A model generated the notes under the pieces. The model made no database searches and had not been told where the DNA came from. It was given only the letters and a program-made list of their open reading frames with translations. A stretch of 64,000 nt of DNA from a virus (taxonomy: Duplodnaviria; Caudoviricetes), in the IMG/VR virus record IMGVR_UViG_3300011989_000009, positions 28,786-92,785 of that record; one strand, 5' to 3'. Both the position numbers and the translations under genes were made by a program. Below are positions 1 to 7,901 of the stretch, piece by piece (within the stretch, counting starts at the first letter, position 1; every line of letters begins with the position of its first letter).

Positions 1-1250
1 TCCGACACCGCCGATATTGCCTTCACCGCGTTCACGCCCTCAGCGCTGATTCCGTTGGCCGTGTCGGTGACGGTTACGCTTGTGCCGTTGTTCCAAGCCT
101 CCCTGTACCTCTTCCCGTTCCGCGTGATGGCTCTCTCCACGGGGCAGCGGAACTCCGAGTCCATCAGCAGGTTCCTCAGGCCGAGACCCGCCACCTTCGC
201 GCTTATCCGCCCCGCCGTTTGCACCAGCGTCGAGATGTCCGCCTTGTCCGCAACCGTCGTCGTCAGCTTTCCTATCTTGTTGTTAATATCTACCGCAACG
301 CCCGGCTGTATGGTCACGGGAATGGAGTCGTTGAGCACGGTGCCGTCGGCCAACGTCACGGTCAGCGGGATGGCCGACTGAGGGGTGTTCGTGGCCGTGT
401 AGGCAGTGGTGCCGGTGTATTCCAAATAATAGCCTTTATTGGTTTTGGTGTCGTAAAGAACGGTGCGGTCCTTGCCCTCGATGGTAGCCACAAACTTAGC
501 ATCCGTCACCTCGGTATCTGAGCCGCCTGTATTTTTTATGACAAGGTAATAGATGATAGCTGACAGCGTGAACTTGACATCATCACCTGAGCCGTTTGTC
601 ACGACCTTGGCCTCTGTTCCCGATTTTAGCTGCAAGCGATATGATGTTGCGGGCTTTCCCTGTTCACCTTGCTTACCCGGATCTCCTTTATCTCCCTTGC
701 GGCTCTCTTGCAGGCTTGGCTTGGCGATATACGCGCTCTGGCCGTTGGTACCTATCCAATAATTGACCTCAATTAGCTCATAGGCGCCGCTGTTTACGGT
801 CATCTCGTGGTACTCCCATTCATTGTCCTTTTCTATCGTTACATAATTGATGGACTGTGCATCGGATGCCCGCCCAGTCCCAGGCCTACTCTCGACGGCT
901 GACTGGCGGCACACCTCTAAAACCACGACGTTGCCTTTTCTCCCATTCAACCAAACGCCAACCACATAGTCGGTGTTCTTTTTAACGTGTACATTAAGGA
1001 AATAGACACCCGGATAGACGGTGGCAGTGGAAGCGTTGGCGATATACGCTGAGTTGAACCCATCATACACCTCACTACAAGGCATGGTGACGGTGGTGTT
1101 GTCAAGCCGTTGGAGGTATGGTGTCGTCATGCCATTTCCATCCTTCCGCCCGGCTATCAGCTCGAAGTTGGGCAGGAGGTTGAGCAAGGACCATGCGTCC
1201 GTGCGCGGCATGGCCTGTATAGTTCCTGATGTTGCTATCATCTTTCTCAT
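1..1250 (-). CDS. Tail fibre / virion protein, partial (runs off the window start)
   Basis: Not in the ORF track because it has no stop in the window. Manual translation from ATG at 1250: MRKMIATSGTIQAMPRTDAWSLLNLLPNFE..., with collagen-like GDKGDPGKQGEQGK and a GLRNLLMDSEF motif typical of tail-fibre carbohydrate-binding repeats. Confidence 0.7.
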   Translation of the reverse strand, partial: MRKMIATSGTIQAMPRTDAWSLLNLLPNFELIAGRKDGNGMTTPYLQRLDNTTVTMPCSEVYDGFNSAYIANASTATVYPGVYFLNVHVKKNTDYVVGVWLNGRKGNVVVLEVCRQSAVESRPGTGRASDAQSINYVTIEKDNEWEYHEMTVNSGAYELIEVNYWIGTNGQSAYIAKPSLQESRKGDKGDPGKQGEQGKPATSYRLQLKSGTEAKVVTNGSGDDVKFTLSAIIYYLVIKNTGGSDTEVTDAKFVATIEGKDRTVLYDTKTNKGYYLEYTGTTAYTATNTPQSAIPLTVTLADGTVLNDSIPVTIQPGVAVDINNKIGKLTTTVADKADISTLVQTAGRISAKVAGLGLRNLLMDSEFRCPVERAITRNGKRYREAWNNGTSVTVTDTANGISAEGVNAVKAISAVS

Positions 1251-1256
1251 ATCGTT

Positions 1257-2723
1257 TTACTTTATGGCTTTCGGTATAATCAACTGCTCGCGGGTAGGAA
1301 TAAAGATGTTTTCCTGTTTAGGCAAGAGAACTTTATGATTTACAGCGTCCCACATGGATGGAAGAATATATTGAATCATCTCAAGGCTTCCCCTATAAGC
1401 ATAGCCGCCAGACACATTTTCAATCACAGCTTCCTCAATAGGAAGGAAACGTCTGTCTGGGAAAACTATTTCAAGAGCGGCGAACCATGGTGCTATCATT
1501 GACAAGCTTCCGTGATATTCCTTCGCAAGGATCTTACCTGTAGCAATACCGTCTTTATTCAACTCTGGCAATCCTATGAGAGCCTGACACCAGTTGGGGA
1601 AACCTGTTTTATCACGCAGAACACGATAATCATATACAGTATGCTCCACTCCCACAAGTTCCTTTATGTCTTCTGGCGGTGCAGAAAACTGCCGTTGTAT
1701 TCTTACAGTCAATGTGAGTTCTTTTAAAAGCATCTTCTTCTCTATTTTTACCATTTCGCGGAATGCGTCGGCGTGTCGCATGATGCCGAAGTAACACGGC
1801 CAGTTACGGTTGGTGGCATGATGGGCCGAGCGCACGGTGGAGCGCCTGACGGTGACGTAACCTTTATCGAAATCGGTTACGGCCTTGCCTGGGTTGCGAT
1901 GGAACACGTAGCCGCAGAAGTCCATACCGTCCTTGTCGATGTCGATAATCTTCACGCCCTTGCGCTTCGCCCTCATGTGATATTCATACCACCATAGGTT
2001 GTATATGCGCCATTTCATTGCGTTCAATTCTTCCTTTGTCTCGAAGGCCATGAAGTTGTCGTCAGCGTAGCGCAATGCCCATGGAGTGTTGTCATGGATG
2101 AGAACGTCTGACATGAGCATCACTATCTGATGAATGTACGGCGAGGACGGAGTGCCGATAGGCAGATAGTTGCCCGCAAAACACACCTTCTCGCCAAAGT
2201 CTATCACAGCTTTGTCGAGCTTCATTCCAAGCAAGCGGTATAGATACTTCATAGCCTTTCTATACAGCGCAATGGTAACATGGGCATAGCACTGCCGCTG
2301 GTCGAGCACAAGAACATAATGAAGATTACGCATGTCGTAGAACAGATGCTTCAAAGCATGGCACACGGAATATTCCTCGTTCTTGGCGGTCAAGCCGTGA
2401 TCGGGAAGACAGTTCCTTGCCATGCCAATGTTCTTATTAGCCTTTTCGTACAAGGGCGTTACGACTGACAGCCACAACAGTTCGAGCTGTCTGCAACGCA
2501 GCATCGGCGCATCAATGGCGCGACGCTTTCCGTTTTTGTTGGTTTTGTTTAATTTTCTAAATTTTACGTATTGGGTCCATGTGCCATCTTGCAGGCTATG
2601 GCAGAGCTTATCCACCTCGACATCGAAGTCTTCCCTGAAGGCAATAACCTCCGGGTTCTTGGCGTGGTGTACAAAGCTCTTCTTTGCCACCGTCTCGACT
2701 TGAAATCTTGTGAATGTAAGCAT
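1257..2723 (-). CDS. DGR reverse transcriptase with ~155-aa C-terminal extension
   Basis: RT motifs GKRRAIDAP, LDQRQCY, LPIGTPSSP, LRYADD, GMDFCGY; lies next to a TR/VR pair. Confidence 0.95.
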   Translation of the reverse strand: MLTFTRFQVETVAKKSFVHHAKNPEVIAFREDFDVEVDKLCHSLQDGTWTQYVKFRKLNKTNKNGKRRAIDAPMLRCRQLELLWLSVVTPLYEKANKNIGMARNCLPDHGLTAKNEEYSVCHALKHLFYDMRNLHYVLVLDQRQCYAHVTIALYRKAMKYLYRLLGMKLDKAVIDFGEKVCFAGNYLPIGTPSSPYIHQIVMLMSDVLIHDNTPWALRYADDNFMAFETKEELNAMKWRIYNLWWYEYHMRAKRKGVKIIDIDKDGMDFCGYVFHRNPGKAVTDFDKGYVTVRRSTVRSAHHATNRNWPCYFGIMRHADAFREMVKIEKKMLLKELTLTVRIQRQFSAPPEDIKELVGVEHTVYDYRVLRDKTGFPNWCQALIGLPELNKDGIATGKILAKEYHGSLSMIAPWFAALEIVFPDRRFLPIEEAVIENVSGGYAYRGSLEMIQYILPSMWDAVNHKVLLPKQENIFIPTREQLIIPKAIK

Positions 2724-2886
2724 CTGTCAGTTGTCTTTATGATGACGGCCCTGGGCCGAAAAGCGGTGCTACCTGTCACATCCTTGCGGATGCCGCTGCC
2801 GCGTGGTCTTGAATTTCGGGACTGCTGCCCACGATGTGCTAAGCCTGTATCTTTATTCCATGAGGACAAGTCCTCAATCCCAGTTT

Positions 2887-3001
2887 CTGGGCACGACCCG
2901 CATTGTTGCGGTTGGCATTGCTGACAGCGTTGTTGCAATTCAACGAACGCGGGGCACAATTGCCGTTGTTGGCATTGATGCCGAAACGCAAAGCGAGCCT
3001 T
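2887..3001 (-). repeat. DGR template repeat (TR)
   Basis: 115-bp copy of 3306-3420. All 11 mismatches are at TR adenines (minus strand); AAC-rich (reads INANNGNC...CNNAVSNANRNNAG). Confidence 0.97.
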
Positions 3002-3165
3002 CTCGCACACCGTTCTTTCAACCCCGCCTTTCCGGGTTCGGAGCCTCAGTCCCAATGCAGAGGTTGCCCGATGACGGCGGGGGTTTGCTGTATCTTTTAA
3101 TTTAAGAGGTGTCAAACTTCATATCTTTCTTTGTTATATGTATTCAAGTGTTAAAATGCGTTTAT

Positions 3166-3282
3166 GCACGCCTTACGGCGTGGAAGTTACCGAGATAAAC
3201 ACGGAAAGGAAAGCGGCTTGCAGCCGCTTTTATCCCGCTTGCAGCGGGGTTGCACCCCGGCTGCGCCTTGCGCCTGCGGCGC
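3166..3282 (-). promoter_or_regulatory. Cluster of GC-rich hairpins 3' of the VR (DGR homing hairpins / terminator)
   Basis: Hairpins at 3210-3230, 3234-3248, 3245-3259 and 3270-3282 have GCA loops on the minus strand; a fifth (cacgcc-ttac-ggcgtg, ~3167-3182) has a GTAA loop. Confidence 0.75.
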
Positions 3283-6200
3283 TACTGCGTTATGCTCACG
3301 CGGGCCTGGGCACGACCCGCATTGTAGCGGAGGGCAGAGCTGACAGCGCTGTGGCAATTCAACGAACGCGGGGCACAATTGCCGTGGGTGGCACTGAGGC
3401 CGAAACGCAAAGCGAGCCTTGTTCTCTGGCCGACACCCGTGGTGTTGTACCAGTTATCGTTCCAGATATACATGCTGTCACCTTTCGATGAGCCAGTGGA
3501 ACTATCAACCGCAAACGGAGAGTAAGGGAAGCGGTTCTTACGCCATCCGTTGCTCACGGTCACGATGCCTGCACTGTCACCGTCAATAAGCTTGATGTAG
3601 CTGTCCTCAAAGCCAAATTTGGTGCTTGTGTTCGCTACGGTTACGGTTGTAATCTTCTTCCACTTGCTTTGGTCTGGTTGCAGCCAAAAGTTGATAGTGT
3701 TGCCGTATTGATTGACGTCTTGTTTGGCAAGAATGGTAGCCACTAATTCGGCACCTCCACCGCAATAGCGGAAGACATCGCCTGACAACTCAGCTCCGGC
3801 AAAGAGACTCATGCGCAAACGGAACTCACAGGTCATAGCACCCTCGGTGGCATCAGTGTAGCTGTAAGAGGTAATCTTATACACACGGACGTTCATGTAG
3901 CCCTTGCTCAGACCGTCCACACCATTCACGTCCATGTAATAGTATTTGTTGCCGTACATGTAGAACGTGTGCTCTTTGCCGCTCTCTGTGGTGGCAGCAA
4001 TGCCAAGCTCTACGGCCATGGATGCGGCCAACTGCGCTTCCATGCACGCTGCCTTCGGAGCATAACCGTTTACGAAGTTTGACCAATAAGTTGTAGCGGA
4101 CACACCGTCCACGTTGAACGCATGGGTCGCACCCCATGAGGCATAGGTATAGTCAGTAGCGGATGACTTCTTAAACTTTACACCACCCACCTTGAAGAAG
4201 TTGGAGGCGCTTGGGCCATCGTTGGATGAGATGCCACTGCCATAGCGGTCAACATCAACGAGGTTCTGCGAGCTCATGGTGAGCTCAACGAAACTGATGA
4301 AGGCATCCAGCGTAAAGTAACCACCCTCGGCCATCGGCACGGGTGAGTCGGCATCTTTATTGTTGGCCCGGCAATAGGTCATGCTGGTAATCTGACTGAC
4401 ATCCATACACCGAGGATAGGCGCGGCCTTCCTTGTACGGCGTGATAGAGGGAAGATTGGCACCCTGCCAATCGGCTACCGTCGCGCCGCAACTACCCTGC
4501 GAGTTGGCGTCGTCGGAGGCAAAGAGGTAGAAGAAGTCGCGGGCCTTGCCGCCGATGGTAGTGAAGGCACCGGGTGAGAGTACCGTCGTGGGCAGAGCGT
4601 ACTTGGTAAGGTCGATGCCGTCCCACTCGGTAACGTCTGTAAAGATACCCTTCCACTTCTTGCCTGAGTCACCCTTCACATTGTCGAGGAAATAAACCGT
4701 ACCATCAAGATAACCCACGCCGATACTGTACTTTGTCTCGGTTGTCTCCCATGGGCGCAACTTATGGCTGACGGCTGAGATGAAGCCGTCTGAGGCTTTC
4801 TTATATAGCGTGCGAGGCTTGCTGCCTGTCTTCATAAGAGGCTTGTCGTAGGTCTCCCACTCCGTGATGGCGTTGTACTTTCCCTGAGCATAGGCAACAG
4901 TCTTAGCCGCAGAGTCGGAATAAAGGATATTGTCGGTACATTCCTTCTTCATATCCTCGGTTATGCCCACCACGGGAGCGTAGCTGCCATCGGCGTAGCG
5001 GAGAATGTTATTGCGCATGAGCTTGGCGGCCGGGTACTCGGTGCGGGCGTTGCCGTCTGCATCGGTGTTGTCGGTGACATCGAAGAGGGCGAAGTCGAGG
5101 TTTTTCAAGAATGCCTTGTTGCCATGATGACCTATTGCGTCGCAATTGTCGCCAAAAAAATCGTATTCGTCGCAGTAGTTGTCACCCCAGAGGTCAGGAT
5201 AATTGGGCTCATAATCTACTACCAATTTAGGCAGCTTGTCGGCTGACGTAGCGCCAAGCTCCTTGAGGTTGGTGACGAGCGTCTCGCCGGTCTTGGTGTC
5301 AGCTTCGGAACCAATCTTCACGTAGTTGCCATCCTTATCCTCCATGTACCACTTGATAGTGTATAGTACGTCGCAGAGGTTGCGGGTGTCGCCTTCCGTC
5401 GCTTTCAGCGGATTCGTGGCCAGGTTGAGCACTACGCCGCCGCTCTCGATGAAGAACCGGCGGATGACGGGCACCTTGGACAGGTCGGAGGCATTGAAGT
5501 CCTTTTGCTGGATCATGTCGTTGGCCACGGTGACAAAGCGCTTGCCGGTGATAGGTGGCAGGGCCACGCCGAGTTTGAAGGATGTCTCCAAGAAGCCGAG
5601 GGTCTTGCTGGGTAGGATCTGACCGGCTGCATCGGCATAATCGACTAATTCGCCGTAGGGGATAAAGCCTGCCTTGCAGATGAGCTCTACGTTACGCATC
5701 TTGGCCATGTTGACCACGCACTCCTTGTTCCACGTACCGTCAGCGTACTTCGTGCCAGTGAACCAGTCGTTGTTATCAGTGATGCGGGTCAACTGATTCT
5801 GACGATTTTTATAGTACCAGAAATAGAAGGCGTTGCCCGTGCGCTTTGTGCCCGTGTAGGCGTCGGCCACGGTGAGATTGCCGTCATATTCCTGGCAGCG
5901 GCAATGCACCATCCAGTTCGTGCCTTTGGAGTTGAGCGGGCGGAGGATGGGGTTGAGGATGAAGTTCTCGCTGCCGTAAGGTGCGTCGGCCGCGCCTTTT
6001 TCAATACGCAGCTCCAGACGGGTGACGGTGTTGATGTTCGTGGTGAGCTTCACGTTGTCGATGGTGGTGACCGACGTACCCTTCACGGGGTCGGTGAAGG
6101 TGATCACGGCGAAGATGCGGGCGCCGGTCTGCGTGTCGGGGAGGTTGCCCTTATAGGTAAGCTCATGGGCTGTGCCGTCAACAGTGAAGGCATTGCCCAT

Positions 6201-6491
6201 GTCGGCTATCTTCACCATCTTGCTGATGTCGTCCGATGAACCTTTCTTGGCATAATACCAAGCCACGCTGGTCACTGTGCCAACTGACCGTTGCGAGCCG
6301 TCGGCCTTGTTAGGGTCGTTGATGACCACGTGAGTGCCAAGTACGAGGGCATTGGACGTGGCGGTGCGGTCGGGCGAATACTCACCGGTGGCGTTGTGGT
6401 ATATCTGTGACAGGGAGCCGCTCTTGACGTAGAGCTGAGCCGAATAGTTAATCGGCTTGGAGACAGCCCCTAATTGTAATTTCTCTATCAT
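3282..6491 (-). CDS. DGR target: tail fibre / receptor-binding protein with C-terminal C-type-lectin-like variable domain
   Basis: 1069 aa, beta-rich, VR in the last ~45 codons, located in the tail module. Confidence 0.9.
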   Translation of the reverse strand: MIEKLQLGAVSKPINYSAQLYVKSGSLSQIYHNATGEYSPDRTATSNALVLGTHVVINDPNKADGSQRSVGTVTSVAWYYAKKGSSDDISKMVKIADMGNAFTVDGTAHELTYKGNLPDTQTGARIFAVITFTDPVKGTSVTTIDNVKLTTNINTVTRLELRIEKGAADAPYGSENFILNPILRPLNSKGTNWMVHCRCQEYDGNLTVADAYTGTKRTGNAFYFWYYKNRQNQLTRITDNNDWFTGTKYADGTWNKECVVNMAKMRNVELICKAGFIPYGELVDYADAAGQILPSKTLGFLETSFKLGVALPPITGKRFVTVANDMIQQKDFNASDLSKVPVIRRFFIESGGVVLNLATNPLKATEGDTRNLCDVLYTIKWYMEDKDGNYVKIGSEADTKTGETLVTNLKELGATSADKLPKLVVDYEPNYPDLWGDNYCDEYDFFGDNCDAIGHHGNKAFLKNLDFALFDVTDNTDADGNARTEYPAAKLMRNNILRYADGSYAPVVGITEDMKKECTDNILYSDSAAKTVAYAQGKYNAITEWETYDKPLMKTGSKPRTLYKKASDGFISAVSHKLRPWETTETKYSIGVGYLDGTVYFLDNVKGDSGKKWKGIFTDVTEWDGIDLTKYALPTTVLSPGAFTTIGGKARDFFYLFASDDANSQGSCGATVADWQGANLPSITPYKEGRAYPRCMDVSQITSMTYCRANNKDADSPVPMAEGGYFTLDAFISFVELTMSSQNLVDVDRYGSGISSNDGPSASNFFKVGGVKFKKSSATDYTYASWGATHAFNVDGVSATTYWSNFVNGYAPKAACMEAQLAASMAVELGIAATTESGKEHTFYMYGNKYYYMDVNGVDGLSKGYMNVRVYKITSYSYTDATEGAMTCEFRLRMSLFAGAELSGDVFRYCGGGAELVATILAKQDVNQYGNTINFWLQPDQSKWKKITTVTVANTSTKFGFEDSYIKLIDGDSAGIVTVSNGWRKNRFPYSPFAVDSSTGSSKGDSMYIWNDNWYNTTGVGQRTRLALRFGLSATHGNCAPRSLNCHSAVSSALRYNAGRAQARVSITQ
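3306..3420 (-). repeat. DGR variable repeat (VR) at the 3' end of the 1069-aa target
   Basis: Matches TR except at adenines; encodes RLALRFGLSATHGNCAPRSLNCHSAVSSALRYNAGRAQ. Confidence 0.97.
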
Positions 6492-6509
6492 GATTATTCA
6501 CTTTAATGG

Positions 6510-7649
6510 TTATGAATTGGCGGGTTCGGCTGATAAGTACCAGTTGACGGAGCCTCCGGCGGCAATGATGCCTGCATAGGTATATTTCCACGCTGCGCCA
6601 GAAACAGAACCGTTCTCGATTGTTGGGTCAAAGGTCGTACCATCAGCCTTTTTCAATACCCATGTGAAGTCGTATTTAGTGCCAGTGACCTCCGTGCCAT
6701 CACTCTTTACTACATGCGCCGTTCGGGTGACGGTTTCGCCTGCCTGAATCTTTTGGTCGATATGCGTGCCGCTGCCGGATGCGAACGTACTGATCTCGGT
6801 AACCTCGATGTGGTAGGGGTCGGAATAGTCCTTCACGCGGTAGTAGCCGCGATAGGTCTTGCCGCCGATGGTGGCGATACAGACAAACAGGCCATCACCA
6901 TTCACCATGTCGGCTGAAACGGTGAGCTTGGATGTCGTTGCGCTCGAAATGTTGCTCTCGGTACCTGCGCTTGCGTCAGCCCACTGAAGCGAAGCATCAC
7001 TGGTGACCTCGGTGGTGGCTCCATACTTATACACCTTTGCTACAAGCTCGGCTGCGTTACCCTCGCTGTCGATGTCGCCCTTGCCTGCCTCACTGCTGAT
7101 ACGGACTACATAGGTGTTGCCGCCATTGACAGTCTGCACACACTGGACGGTTTCAGTATTGGAACGCACGTCCTGCGTGTTGGCGCCTTCGAGGGTGACC
7201 TGGCCGGTGACGTAGAAATCGTCGGAGTCGGCATTGGCGGAGCCAAAGACATCCTTGATAATCTCGAAGACTGGCACGTTCTGATAGGTGTTGCCATCGC
7301 TGTACTTCACGCTGGCCAGTAAGCGGCGGATGGTTCCTGCTGGCAGGATGTTCGTATTGAGATTGTTGCTGTCGAAGGTCATAAGGGCTGAGTTGCCGCT
7401 GCCGCCGTTCCAGTAAAGGTTGACGTTGGCCAGACTGTCGCTGCCAAGCACGTAGCTCTTGCCCTCGGAGTCGGTGACCTCAGCATAGAACTTAGGGCCG
7501 GCATTCTTCCATGACGGACTGACGGTTGACGTTGAGTTGTCCCAGAACTGGAAGAAGTCAACGTCGTTGATACGGCGGATTTTACAGGTAAGTGACTTAC
7601 CATTGATGACGGCATTGATGGTACCGCTGTTGGATATAATTTTCTTCAT
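6510..7649 (-). CDS. Virion/tail protein with Ig-like domains
   Basis: 379 aa, Thr/Ser-rich beta strands, Ig-like pattern LQW...LTV...FVC; tail module context. Confidence 0.65.
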   Translation of the reverse strand: MKKIISNSGTINAVINGKSLTCKIRRINDVDFFQFWDNSTSTVSPSWKNAGPKFYAEVTDSEGKSYVLGSDSLANVNLYWNGGSGNSALMTFDSNNLNTNILPAGTIRRLLASVKYSDGNTYQNVPVFEIIKDVFGSANADSDDFYVTGQVTLEGANTQDVRSNTETVQCVQTVNGGNTYVVRISSEAGKGDIDSEGNAAELVAKVYKYGATTEVTSDASLQWADASAGTESNISSATTSKLTVSADMVNGDGLFVCIATIGGKTYRGYYRVKDYSDPYHIEVTEISTFASGSGTHIDQKIQAGETVTRTAHVVKSDGTEVTGTKYDFTWVLKKADGTTFDPTIENGSVSGAAWKYTYAGIIAAGGSVNWYLSAEPANS

Positions 7650-7651
7650 GG

Positions 7652-7882
7652 TTAATCAGCGTTTGAAGTTGATGAGTCGGATTCGGAGGCCGTTGATGTA
7701 CGAAGGTTGGTAAGGTCGGCCTCATTGATGATCTCTACCTTGCCATACGAGAAACGGGTGAAGCGTACCACGTCGTTGATGGGCACGACTGAGCGGCCAT
7801 CGGGCAATACCTCGTAGCCGTCGGAAGCGAGGAACACGCCCCGCCTCTCTGTAATTTCTTTTGGAACTAAAACAAAATACAT
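7652..7882 (-). CDS. Small hypothetical protein (tail module)
   Basis: 76-aa ORF packed between tail genes with an AT-rich leader. Confidence 0.65.
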   Translation of the reverse strand: MYFVLVPKEITERRGVFLASDGYEVLPDGRSVVPINDVVRFTRFSYGKVEIINEADLTNLRTSTASESDSSTSNAD

Positions 7883-7901
7883 AGCTATTTATTTTTGATG
7901 A

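Noticed and set aside
1257-2723. Group II intron or retron RT
   Set aside because: An adjacent TR/VR pair with adenine-only mismatches identifies a DGR; no intron domain V/VI or msr-msd arrangement seen.
2564-3115. 183-aa and 60-aa ORFs across TR as an avd accessory gene
   Set aside because: They overlap TR and the RT start, and lack the helical Avd pattern; TR is simply open in the VR frame.
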